The notes beneath the pieces were generated by a model, which worked only from the letters and a program-made list of their open reading frames with translations, was not told the origin of the DNA and ran no database searches. The position numbers and the translations under genes were made by a program. A stretch of 64,000 nucleotides of DNA from Candidatus Poribacteria bacterium (GTDB lineage: Bacteria > Poribacteria > WGA-4E > PCPOR2b), in the NCBI GenBank assembly GCA_965218095.1, contig OZ244587.1, positions 1,472,001 to 1,536,000 on the forward strand, given 5' to 3'. This document shows positions 29,743 through 40,068 of this stretch, one piece after another. Numbering within the stretch: the stretch's first letter is position 1; each line of letters starts with the position of its first letter.

Positions 29743-30496
29743 TCATGAATTCCAACTTCGAGCGTAGCATTTCACGGAGTTCCCCGTTTGCATCGACTCA
29801 GATCCGCCGACCACCACTTCTGGCGGCGGCAAGCCCTCCGATAAGGCGGTAAATCCCTTGAGATCGGATTCCATGATGGTCACTTTGCGTGTGTCCCTAC
29901 CGACCTTTAAGCCTTGTGGGGATTGCAGCAGGTTCTCGACCACTTAATCGGTGAGATAATGACCGAAGACCTTACGGATAAATTCATTTCGTTTCTACAA
30001 TTCTATCGCTTACCGCTTGACCTGTTTTTAGGAATTTTCGAGTTCAGCGTTTTTCTCTTGAAATTTTTTGTTTGCTGCTCTCAATCCATCCTGAAGCTGT
30101 TTGATGGTCAAATGGGTCTGTACCCTAATACGAACCTCCTCATGTTGGAACGGCTTGGTGATGTAATCGATGCCGCCTACACCAAAGCCTTCAACGACAC
30201 TCTTTGTCTCGTCTTGAGCGGTGATGAAGATGGCGGGAATATCTGCGGTGGTTTCATCTAACTTGAGTCTTCGGCAGGTCTCAAAACCGTCTATCCCCGG
30301 CATCAGGATGTCCAGAAGGATCAGGTCCGGCTGGGCGCGCGCCGCAATCTGGAGCGCAACCGTCCCGCTGGGAGCCGCAATGACACTATAGCCTTTCCGA
30401 TTCCAGGGCTTACCGCAAAACGTTGAGATTGGCTGGAATATTATCAACGATGAGAATTTCCGTTCGCTTCTCATCTATTATTGGGGGTTCACTCAT
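29743..30496 (-). pseudogene. Decayed response regulator-adenylate/guanylate cyclase
   Basis: Receiver domain (PDLILLDILMPG.DG, DYITKPF) with stops and frameshifts, followed by truncated RKVTIM.SDLKGFTALSE; adjacent to IS701. Confidence 0.75.
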
Positions 30497-30655
30497 GATG
30501 GGAGCCTCCTCAAGCAGGCATATATACTGGTAACGATCACAAATGACGCTTTCGGCGCCTGAATCATGAATCTTGTATCTGGCGTTGATACAGAGCCTGC
30601 ACCGATTATCGGGGATTCAAGATGCAAAACGGTAGTGGTGTAAGTTATACAGGGT

Positions 30656-32532
30656 TAGGAGTTACGCACTTGGACAGAAAATAGATTATAATAAAGGCTA
30701 TGAATCGACCCCAATGCAATGAATATGACTATATCAACTTTCTAATTGCGACTCCCAGATACTACAGTTGTACCGAGGCTGCCAGAGTCCAACCTCAACA
30801 GAACACCCCGGCAGCGCATGACTCGCTGAATCGATTCCTCTATCGGCTTACACCCAATCCACAACAATTGTGGCAAGAGTCACAGGCTTATGTCACCCAA
30901 GACCGGGGGATTTTGGTCATAGACGACTCAACCCTTGACAAACCCTATGCACAAAAAATAGAGCGGGTGACCCGCCATTGGTCAGGCAAACACAAAAAAG
31001 TGGTCTCAGGGATTAACCTCATTACTCTGATGTGGACTGATGGCGACAGTCACATTCCCTGCGATTACCGCCTCTATAATAAACGCAATGATAGCTTGAC
31101 CAAAAATAATCACTTTCAAGCTCTAATCTCCAATGCTCATGCGAGAGGCTTTTCTCCGGAGTGTGTGGTCTTTGACAGTTGGTACAGCAGTTTGAAGAAT
31201 CTTTTGACGATTCGGAACTATCGATGGCATTGGCTCACCCAATTGAAGTCCAATCGACGGGTCAAACTAGGTTCTGTTGACATTTCAAGGGAGCCATATA
31301 AGAGTGGAGACAAAGCTGAGAAATCCAAAATAACGGACAGCTAGCTTCTCAAACCGAGAGACAAACCAAGAGAAGACACGACGATACCATTTTATCTTGT
31401 TGATGAAACATTCAACCCGATGTCTCTCTTTGTATAAGTGTTTGTCATACGTTCTTTGGTCAACACGATGACTTTTGGGCGGTATCACCGCAATCGCTCC
31501 ATTCGCCTCAATAACCGCGATAAAAGCGTCTGAATCGTACCCCTTGTCTCCAATCACATATTCACTGTTATATCCGATTATCAACCCTTCCGCCTCAGTT
31601 ATGTCATGTCTCTGACCAGGGGTCAGATGAATTCTTAGGGGATTGCCTAGTCCGTTAACTGTGATGTGATTTTTTGTACTGAAACCGCCCCGAGACCGAC
31701 CTAATGCTTGGTTTTCAGTGCCACCCTTTTTTTTAAGGCGCCAGCTTTTTAAGGCGCCCGCCGCACACGGGAGATGGTACTGTCCACAATAAGCGACTTA
31801 ATACCGGGGTCAGAGGCGAAGTGGTGGTGCATCTGTGTGAAGATACCTTTGTCGCACCATCAAGCAAACCGCTTATAGAGGTTTGCCATAGGTGTCTGGT
31901 AGAAGTCTCCATTGAGCCCCGCTACGAGTCACCCACAGGACGGCTTCGACGAAGCGGCGTGTAGCAGCTTCGTCGCCAACATAGATAGATGGTGGGACAG
32001 CTTAGAAGAAACCGGTATATCTTATTCCATTGTTCATCAGGTAAGGTTATTGGCGTCATTCTTCTATTATGCCACAACCTTATACTCAAATGTCAACAGA
32101 ACCTAGATAACCGGGGCAATCAGCGGGTCTGCGAACTGGCTATTAGTGAGAGAGGAAGCATCGTTCATCTAAAGGGATATGGATTGATTAAGGTTTTCAA
32201 GATAGTTTCCCCACACGGTGACATTGAATACTAGGCAACGAGCGACGCACTGTTTTGACTCAAGTATGACGAATGACGAACTGTCTTGGGCGATTGAACA
32301 ATACCATCAAGGCATCAAGCAATTTGTCGGTGTTGAGAGGTGCATGGTTCGCAAGGAAGTTGCGCAACGCCATCATATTGGGCTGGCATTGCGAGCGTTT
32401 CTACGCCTAGAGCGGCACTGTTTTTCGACCGGCATCAGTTGGTTTGAAGCGAAAGTCTCGCTTATCAGAGAAGCGGTTCGTGCCTATCTGGCTCAACCGC
32501 TTTACACTTTAACACCAACTGCGTAATTCCTA
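30656..32532 (+). mobile_element. IS701-family element (defective), interrupted by IS5
   Basis: TIRs TAGGAGTTACGCA / TGCGTAATTCCTA, flanking direct repeat CAGGGT, transposase motifs IDDSTLDKPY and FDSWYSS. Confidence 0.9.
31271..32102 (-). mobile_element. IS5-family (IS427-like) element, degenerate copy nested in IS701
   Basis: TIRs GTTCTGTTGACATTT and CTAG duplicated (the uninterrupted IS701 copy has a single CTAG). Near-identical to 42835-43668 but with indels. Confidence 0.92.
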
Positions 32533-32583
32533 CAGGGTATCGTTCACGTCAGTATGTATAAGTGGTGGAGGTTCATCGAATGA

Positions 32584-33471
32584 TTACATTTCCGCCACTG
32601 TAAAGAAATCAACGGCTTCCAATTGATTACGCAAACTGTTCCGTCTATCTTCAGGTAACGGAAGGTTGGGGAGACGGGGATTTCCACAGTCAAAGCCCAG
32701 TATCCTCATAACTTCCCGGAGCGCACCCATGACACCAGCGGAAAGCACGACATGAGTCACCCGATTCGCGCGAACCTGGAGTTCCTGCCCTTGAGCAAGG
32801 TCGCCCGCCTTGTAACTGTTGTGTATCTCCCGATATACCCCTGGAATAAAGTTCAGCGTTAAGCCAATGTTGCCGCAAGAGCCCTGCATGGCGGCATAGA
32901 TGCATTGTTCGTCCATGCCAGAGAAAATCGTCCAATTCTCACGACGCAGCTCTACAACCTGCCTGAATTCATCCATATTTGGACCTGTGTACTTAGAGCC
33001 GGCAACATTGGGAATTTCCATCAGTTGGCGCATCAGCGCAACGGCATCTGTCGGCCCACCAAATATATAAGTCAGCAGAGGCCGGTTGGGCGCGGCTGCC
33101 CCAATCGTCGCAAAGTAGGTATATAGGCTCTGAGCGTTACCGTACAGCGGAGGAATTACGCTGCTGACTCCAGCGGCGCCGACCTGCCCTGCATGTTGTG
33201 CCAATTCCGCTGCATCGCGCACAACCATGCAGCCTACATGTACGATGACTGGGACACGTCCATCGACTTGCTCAATCGCGGTTTCAGTCACCAGTTTACG
33301 CTCATCCAGGGACATGAAGAGTCCGTCTCCGGTACCACCGCAGACGTAAAAACCTCCTACGCCCTTGCCGATCAGATACTCAACCAGGTCCTGTAACACC
33401 GACACATTGACTTTATCTTCTGCAGTAAAGGGTGTGACTAAAGCAGGCCACGCACCACTAAAACTGAACAT
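32584..33471 (-). CDS. Dihydrodipicolinate synthase/N-acetylneuraminate lyase family protein
   Basis: PALVTPF, YVCGGTGD, PVIVHVG, GSKYT and SGMDE motifs. Confidence 0.88.
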   Translation of the reverse strand: MFSFSGAWPALVTPFTAEDKVNVSVLQDLVEYLIGKGVGGFYVCGGTGDGLFMSLDERKLVTETAIEQVDGRVPVIVHVGCMVVRDAAELAQHAGQVGAAGVSSVIPPLYGNAQSLYTYFATIGAAAPNRPLLTYIFGGPTDAVALMRQLMEIPNVAGSKYTGPNMDEFRQVVELRRENWTIFSGMDEQCIYAAMQGSCGNIGLTLNFIPGVYREIHNSYKAGDLAQGQELQVRANRVTHVVLSAGVMGALREVMRILGFDCGNPRLPNLPLPEDRRNSLRNQLEAVDFFTVAEM

Positions 33472-33731
33472 AAGCTCCCTCCGTCTTTTATGCAAGTTCA
33501 CCTTGTGAAGGTTTGGAACCTTCGTAAGGTGCTTAGGTCAATTTCCGAGCTGAAGCCATTATATACCGGCCTTTCCAAATTGTCAAAAGGTATTCGTTCA
33601 AGGATAGGGTTTACCAGGACTTGTCCGATATGCTATAATACCGTTCCAATAACCTTCAGCAAATTCAGAGTGTCGAATTTATTGAACAACTCAAAACTTC
33701 AACCGTTTTCCGCATAGCATATAAGACCGCC

Positions 33732-34040
33732 ATGGGCCTACAATTTTTTATTGTGTTTGTACTCTCAATTGCTTTCTTATCTGTGGGCGTCACGGGATGG
33801 CGAGATTTTATCTCCATCACATGGGATAGTGGGCTGCCTAAGCTAGCATTTGAAGCGAACTATTTTGCCATCTTTCAATGTTCTCTTGGCTTTCTGCTAT
33901 TTTTCGTTAGTTTGTATCTGATGGGATTCTTCCTCTATCTCGAAGAGCGGGAGAGTGGTCGGATTATGAAGAACATTAAAAGTTTCGTGAAACTCCGAGA
34001 ATTTCTTGAACGGCGTCAAAAAGAGGAAATGAGAAAATAA
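33732..34040 (+). CDS. Hypothetical two-TM membrane protein
   Basis: Two hydrophobic helices; first gene of the hem unit, downstream of TGCTATAAT (33631-33639). Confidence 0.6.
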   Translation: MGLQFFIVFVLSIAFLSVGVTGWRDFISITWDSGLPKLAFEANYFAIFQCSLGFLLFFVSLYLMGFFLYLEERESGRIMKNIKSFVKLREFLERRQKEEMRK

Positions 34041-34073
34041 TCCAATTTGCCTCAAAAAGGATAGACGACTCCT

Positions 34074-35216
34074 ATGCTTAAAAATGATCTTCTGCTTCGT
34101 GCAGCGCGTCGGCTTCCGGTGGAACGTGTACCTGTGTGGATGATGCGTCAGGCCGGGCGTTCAGATCCAGCCTACCGAGCACTCAGAGCAAAGATTAACC
34201 TCCCTTTAGAACGCTTATTTCGGACCGTCCCAAGTCCGTTCACTCCCGAAGAAATTGAATGGGCGATTGAAATTTCGCTCTTACCCAAACACATCGGGGT
34301 TGATGCCATTATTGTGTACATGGATATTCTCACCCCGCTTTGCCCGATGGGCGCACATTTTCGCTTTGCCCCAGGCCCTGTCCTAGAATCTCCCATTCGT
34401 ACGCGGAAACAGATTGAAGCGCTACACCCTCTTGATGACCCCCATGCACAGTTGGTGTTTACCGGAAAAGTGATCAGTGGTCTCCGTCAGGCATTAGATC
34501 GAGAATTGCCACTGGTCGGTTTTGCTGGATTACCGCTGACCCTTGCTTTTTTTATGGTCGCAGGGAAAAGCCCTATGGTAAAGGGAGGCGGCATTTCAGA
34601 TGCAGGCGAGATTGTTTTTCAGATGATGTACGAGGAACCGCACCTGTTTCACGAACTGTTGCGACGTCTGACCCGGCTGACGATTAATTATCTCGATTAC
34701 CAAATTTCAGAAGGCGCCCAAATCGTGCAACTCTTTGAATCTATCGCTAATCAGATTGACCGACCGACCTATGAAACTTTTGTTCAACCGTATCACGAAC
34801 AGATTTTTGCAGCGTTAAATCCGAGCGTACCGTCCATTCTGTTTGCCAAAGAGTGCCCTCACTTAGATCTCATGTTAAAAAGTGGCGCCAACGTTCTGAG
34901 TATTGGAAAATGTGTAGATCTGGCAAAAGCACAAGCAGAAGCAAAAGGCAGAGTCGCCTTTCAGGGCAACGTGGACAATGAGCTTTTACGAGATGGCGCT
35001 CGTGATGATATTACAGCAGCCGTCAATCGCTGCTTGCAGGGCGGCGGTAAGGTTGGGCATATTCTGAACCTGAGTCACGGGCTTTACCCTGATACGCCGT
35101 TTGAGAATGTGAAGCACTTTGTGAAAGTTGCAAAAGAATATGTTTGGGTAAGTAATGTATCGCGCCGAGTGGGCCGCCAGAGTCCTATATCCCCAGAGTT
35201 TTCTCAGAAAGTCTAG
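34074..35216 (+). CDS. hemE: Uroporphyrinogen decarboxylase
   Basis: PVWMMRQAGR, QGNVD and HILNLSHG motifs. Confidence 0.95.
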   Translation: MLKNDLLLRAARRLPVERVPVWMMRQAGRSDPAYRALRAKINLPLERLFRTVPSPFTPEEIEWAIEISLLPKHIGVDAIIVYMDILTPLCPMGAHFRFAPGPVLESPIRTRKQIEALHPLDDPHAQLVFTGKVISGLRQALDRELPLVGFAGLPLTLAFFMVAGKSPMVKGGGISDAGEIVFQMMYEEPHLFHELLRRLTRLTINYLDYQISEGAQIVQLFESIANQIDRPTYETFVQPYHEQIFAALNPSVPSILFAKECPHLDLMLKSGANVLSIGKCVDLAKAQAEAKGRVAFQGNVDNELLRDGARDDITAAVNRCLQGGGKVGHILNLSHGLYPDTPFENVKHFVKVAKEYVWVSNVSRRVGRQSPISPEFSQKV

Positions 35217-35306
35217 GCGACCCCGTCCCTCCGTAGCCGAACTCGTGGTATCCGAATTCTCACGAATTCAACTACGGGCTCCTCCAGTCAAAGAAGGTAA
35301 CAGCTC

Positions 35307-36278
35307 ATGAAGAACGATACCAACGCATACGACAGCATTCTACTCGTCGGATTTGGGGGGCCAACACCTGGTTGCTGCAAGCAATACGATTCATGTCCCG
35401 GTGAGGCGTACTGTTTCGTCGAAGGGATTGTCGGCACGGCGCCGTTGCATGCCGAGCGGGTACAAGAAGTTGCGCACCACTATGTGGCGCTCGGTGGCTT
35501 TTCGTCGTTTAATGAACTAACGTTCAGACAAGCGGATGCACTCGAAACCACATTGAAAGATAGAGGTGTTGATGCCCCTATCTACGCGGGGATGCGAAAT
35601 TGGATGCCGTACCTGCACGAGACGCTTGCGCTGATGGTCGAGAAAGGACATCGCAACATACTTGGTATTATCATGTCCGCCTATCAGTCCAAATCCAGTT
35701 GGGAGCGTTATCAGAACGATGTCACGGCTGCAATCGAAAGGCTAAATGGAGTGACACCAAATGTCAGCTATTTAGAGGACGCGTGGCATATACGCTCTGG
35801 CTTTATTAACGCCATTGCGGATCAGATTCGTGTCGCGTGCGGAGAAATGGAGGATAATCGCTTCGAGAAAGCCGCTTTGATTTTTACAGCCCACGCAATC
35901 CCGCGACCCGCAGCGAAGTCTTCGCCATATACAAAGCAGTTTCGACAAACCGCGTCAGCCGTGGCGTCGGTTCTCGGGAAAGATTTCGGTATTGCTTACC
36001 AGAGTTCACCCGATAACCCAACGGCGCCGTGGACAGGTCCCGACATCAATAATCTGATTCAAGAAAAAAAGAAGGTGGGCATTCAAGACGTCATCGTCTC
36101 GCCGATTGGCTTCCTCTGCGATCACGTCGAAGTGCTATACGACCTCGACATGGAAGCAAGAGCAACAGCCGAAACGTGCGGCATGAGCTTTATTCGTGCT
36201 GGAACCGTCGGCGATCACCCGGAATTTATCGGCATGCTGGCAGATCTGGTTTGCGAGCGGTTCAAAACGTTGAATTAA
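35307..36278 (+). CDS. hemH: Ferrochelatase (coproporphyrin-type)
   Basis: GFGGP, FTAHAIP, YQS, W.GPD and PIGFLCDHVEVLYDLD motifs. Confidence 0.93.
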   Translation: MKNDTNAYDSILLVGFGGPTPGCCKQYDSCPGEAYCFVEGIVGTAPLHAERVQEVAHHYVALGGFSSFNELTFRQADALETTLKDRGVDAPIYAGMRNWMPYLHETLALMVEKGHRNILGIIMSAYQSKSSWERYQNDVTAAIERLNGVTPNVSYLEDAWHIRSGFINAIADQIRVACGEMEDNRFEKAALIFTAHAIPRPAAKSSPYTKQFRQTASAVASVLGKDFGIAYQSSPDNPTAPWTGPDINNLIQEKKKVGIQDVIVSPIGFLCDHVEVLYDLDMEARATAETCGMSFIRAGTVGDHPEFIGMLADLVCERFKTLN

Positions 36279-36311
36279 ACATCAGGAGAATTAAACATCA
36301 GGAGAAAGAAA

Positions 36312-36683
36312 ATGGCCAAGTCAAAATCAAAAGTGTTTCATGCAAAATTTCATGTCAGATAGGCAATTATAGAAAGTTTGATGGAGGATTTTAAGACGGA
36401 CGATGGCTGGGCCCCAGAAGCACCAAGATTTTACCACGAAGTTAAGAATGATGATGATTTGATTGAGGTCAGTTTTGATGTTGATGAAGAAGGACTTCAA
36501 CTTCTGATGAAAGATTTTGAGACAGACGACCCAATCACCGCGCTCCAATATACAATCGATTAGGTGACAGTAGCATACTTCACGTCACAAATCAGAGGAA
36601 AATTAAGACTTGATGGTTTTGATGATGAAGGCAACCCCAAAGTCTGGACCGATGAATCGTATAACCCCTCAAATTCTGATTGA
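36312..36683 (+). pseudogene. Small acidic ORF interrupted by two in-frame TAG codons
   Basis: SD AGGAG plus ATG 36312; TAG at 36360 and 36561; internal repeat LMEDFKTDD/LMKDFETDD. Confidence 0.5.
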
Positions 36684-36829
36684 TACCACGCTATCACTGA
36701 ATTTGTGAGAATCTGCACCAGGACTGGATCTGTAACTGAAACTAATATGAAGAGAAAACCCATTGAAAAATTAATCGCCATAGAAAAAAACTTGCTGATA
36801 AGAGAGGTAACACATTACAGGAGATTCCA

Positions 36830-38347
36830 GTGCCAAACACTTCAGAACCAAAACAAGTTAAGCCCCGATCTACAGATCGGGATAAACTGCGCGAAATCCC
36901 ACGCAGCGGGGCTATCGTCATCGGCGGGGGCATCACGGGACTGACAGCATGCTACCGCCTGATCACCGAGTCGGCCAGACGCGGCCTCCCGCTCGATGTC
37001 AAGTTGCTCGAAGCCAGCGATCGCGTTGGGGGTGTTATCCGCACGTCAGAGCAGGACGGCTTTATCATCGAGCACGGCCCCGATGTTTTTCTCTCTACGA
37101 AGCCGTGGGCAAAAGCTCTGTGCGAAAACTTAGGACTCACCGATCAGTTCATCAACACAAATGCAAAGGAACGGCGCAGTTTTGTCCTCCACAAAGGCTC
37201 ACTACACCCCGTCCCTGAAGGTTTTTACATGATGGCACCCGCTTCTTTTGGCCCATTTGTGAAGACGTCCATTTTCAGTTGGGCGGGGAAACTGAGAATG
37301 GGGTTAGATCTGGTCATACCGCGCCGCCGAAGCGGTGAAGATGAGTCGCTGGAAGATTTCGTCACACGTCGCTTGGGGAGAGAAGCGTTCACTCGGATAG
37401 CGCAGCCGATGCTCGGGGGCATCTACACTGCGGACGCGAAGGATTTAAGCCTGAAAGCCACAATGCCCCAATTCCTTGAGATGGAGCAGAAGTACGGCAG
37501 CATCATCAAGGCGCTAATCGTCCGTAAAAAACAATCGAAGCAGAGTTCTAGCGGCACAAGCGGCCCGCGTTACAGCCTGTTTTTGTCCTTCAAATCTGGG
37601 ATGCAAACCCTGATCGATACCCTCGCCGAGCGTTTGCCCGACGATTGTATACAGCTTGGTGCAAAAGTCAGTCGTGTGGATTACCGCAATGAACAGGAAA
37701 GGTGGCGTATTCATCTGGAGGATGGACAGCAAATGTGCGCCGATCTCGTCTGCGTTGCGCTTCCCGCACACCACGCCGCGAGACTCACCCAAACGGTTGC
37801 GCCGGAGTTGTCAGAACACCTTGCCGCCATTTCTTATGCCTCCTCCGCTACCGTAAACTTCGCTTTCCGTCGCGATGTCATTGAACACCCACTCAACGGC
37901 ATGGGCTTCGTTGTACCTGCCATTGAAGGACGGTCGATTCTTGGATGCACATTCAGCAGCGTCAAGTTTGAGGAACGGGCCCCCGCCGATCATGCCCTGT
38001 TGCGGACTTACGTGGGCGGGGCGGTGCAGAAAGATCATTTTCACCAATCGGAATCCGAGATAATCGAATCGGTCCTTAGAGAACTGCGTGAGTTGCTCGG
38101 GGTCAAGGGGGATCCAATACTGGTCGTTGTGAGCAAACACCCCAGCGCGATGGCGCAATATCATTTGGGACATCTGGACAAGGTGGAGGAAATCGAGGCG
38201 CAGGTGAAAAAACTCCCCGGATTTGCGCTTGCGGGTAACGCCTATCACGGAGTCGGCATTCCCGATTGTATCCACAGTGGGGAGAAGGCTGCATATCTTC
38301 TCTTGGACAACCTTGTTGGAAATAATGGCATAGAAAGAGCAAACTAG
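36830..38347 (+). CDS. hemY: Proto/coproporphyrinogen oxidase
   Basis: VIGGGITGL, EHGPD, GIYTAD and GVGIPDCI motifs. Confidence 0.94.
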   Translation: MPNTSEPKQVKPRSTDRDKLREIPRSGAIVIGGGITGLTACYRLITESARRGLPLDVKLLEASDRVGGVIRTSEQDGFIIEHGPDVFLSTKPWAKALCENLGLTDQFINTNAKERRSFVLHKGSLHPVPEGFYMMAPASFGPFVKTSIFSWAGKLRMGLDLVIPRRRSGEDESLEDFVTRRLGREAFTRIAQPMLGGIYTADAKDLSLKATMPQFLEMEQKYGSIIKALIVRKKQSKQSSSGTSGPRYSLFLSFKSGMQTLIDTLAERLPDDCIQLGAKVSRVDYRNEQERWRIHLEDGQQMCADLVCVALPAHHAARLTQTVAPELSEHLAAISYASSATVNFAFRRDVIEHPLNGMGFVVPAIEGRSILGCTFSSVKFEERAPADHALLRTYVGGAVQKDHFHQSESEIIESVLRELRELLGVKGDPILVVVSKHPSAMAQYHLGHLDKVEEIEAQVKKLPGFALAGNAYHGVGIPDCIHSGEKAAYLLLDNLVGNNGIERAN

Positions 38348-38702
38348 CCAAAAACGATGAATACAGCGGCAGGTTCGCCCCGTCCTCTTTTAGTGTCGGG
38401 GAAACCAATCATTCCGACCGGTGTCCGTGGGAAAGACGGTAGGTGGGCACACATCAAAGGAAGGCATTAAGATCAGTCCATTTTGAACGGGTAATATTTT
38501 CCACTCAGAATTTCCCACGGAACGTTTACAGTGTATTACAATGTCAAAGTACCACAAAAGGATTTCTTCTTTACGATTCGCTTTTTCCTGTGCCAGATTT
38601 ATGATCAAGTGGTTACAGAAAACGCGCAACTCACAGATCTCGCTTTGATTCGATTGTTGGTAGGATAGACTTATGAGATATGGAAATTGAAAGGATGGAA
38701 GA

Positions 38703-39797
38703 ATGGCAAGGGGAAAAGGACTCATTTCACGTTTCATGCTTGACATTTGTGAGACAAGATGGCGTCTTGCCTTATTCTGTTTAATACCAATCAGCTTAAT
38801 CGTTGTTCTCATTGCACAAGTGGGACCTCCCAATGAAATCGAGGGTGAAGAAGAACCTCCCTTTGAGCCCAGCTATCTTGGGTACGATGACATTTACCGA
38901 GAGTTCACAAAGCGGAAAAAGTGTAAAAGTTGTCATCCAGCGATCTGGCGGGAGTGGGAGAAATCGATGCACGGACAAGCGTGGAACGATCCAATCTTTC
39001 AAGAAGCGGCAAGTCAAGTCCCAGATCGCGAAAAAAGTTGTGACCCGTGCCACGCTCCCGAACCAATTCTGATCACCGGCATCGGCAAGATGCCGAAGCT
39101 GCGTGCGGCGGATCGGAAATTTGGCGTCTCCTGCCTCGTGTGTCATATTGATGCGCACGGTGCAATGCATGGGCCGCCCGCCAGCGTTGATGCGATGTAC
39201 CACGCAAACGTGACTTCCGAAACCCACATGAATCCAACTGAGTTGTGTGGCACCTGTCACGGACAGCCGAGCGTTCCTGAGCACAATCAACTTATCAGCT
39301 TCAAGACTGGTCCCGCGGCAGAATCGGGCAAAACCTGTGCAACCTGCCACATGCCCGGCATCAAGCGGGTGCAAAGCACCTTCAGTTACGAGGCAATCCC
39401 AGGCAGACGACACACATGGATTGGTAGTCGCAGTGTCCACATGCTCAAAAGTGCGGCGGATTTGAAGATTGTACTTACGGGAGGTAAAGCGATTATTCGT
39501 CTGACCAACAAAGCTGGGCATATCCTCCCCGGCGAAGCGTTACGCGCTGTCATCCTTGATGTGAAGATCTCAGATGCCAAGGGCGATGTCACCCGGCATG
39601 AGCAAGTTTTCATCTCCGCTTCATCGGGTGAGGAGGAAAGCGATAATCGTATACCCCCCGGCGACACATGGCAGTTTGCGTATGAGATCAGTGCAAAAGC
39701 GCAGGTCGAAGCGATAGTGCGCTATCGGTTGCTGCCGACGACGCCGGAAGCCGAATGGGTCACAATGGCAGAGGCAAGTCAAAAAATTGATAATTGA
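38703..39797 (+). CDS. Membrane-anchored pentaheme cytochrome c
   Basis: Five CxxCH motifs (CKSCH, CDPCH, CLVCH, CGTCH, CATCH), W..S.H and N.AGH..P; exact start uncertain. Confidence 0.85.
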   Translation: MARGKGLISRFMLDICETRWRLALFCLIPISLIVVLIAQVGPPNEIEGEEEPPFEPSYLGYDDIYREFTKRKKCKSCHPAIWREWEKSMHGQAWNDPIFQEAASQVPDREKSCDPCHAPEPILITGIGKMPKLRAADRKFGVSCLVCHIDAHGAMHGPPASVDAMYHANVTSETHMNPTELCGTCHGQPSVPEHNQLISFKTGPAAESGKTCATCHMPGIKRVQSTFSYEAIPGRRHTWIGSRSVHMLKSAADLKIVLTGGKAIIRLTNKAGHILPGEALRAVILDVKISDAKGDVTRHEQVFISASSGEEESDNRIPPGDTWQFAYEISAKAQVEAIVRYRLLPTTPEAEWVTMAEASQKIDN

Positions 39798-39836
39798 CAT
39801 ATGTGGACACAAATTTCTGCATATTTTTCGGCGGTA

Positions 39837-39868
39837 AGAAACCAAGTTTTCCGAAAAACTTGGTTTCT
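39837..39868. repeat. Perfect 14-bp hairpin (REP or terminator)
   Basis: AGAAACCAAGTTTT-CCGA-AAAACTTGGTTTCT. Confidence 0.7.
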
Positions 39869-40068
39869 AAACATCCAAAAACTTATGTTCAGGCACTCAG
39901 TAGATTACACTTTTGAAAAAACAGGATTAATGCGGAAAAGCGGCCTGTTGGAAAACTGCACTATAGCTAGATTTGCATGGGCTGAATCATGCGAGAAATT
40001 TCCGCATTCAGAAAAGTATTACCGAATCTACCTATCCATACAATAACCCATTTTGAAAAGGTAAAACA

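Noticed and set aside
36360-36563. Genome-wide TAG recoding
   Set aside because: hemE, hemY, batC, pduO and the FAD subunit end normally at TAG.
38360-38470. Possible riboswitch between hemY and the cytochrome
   Set aside because: Short hairpins (GTCGG/CCGAC, CCGT/ACGG) exist, but I could not match any known consensus; evidence is too weak.
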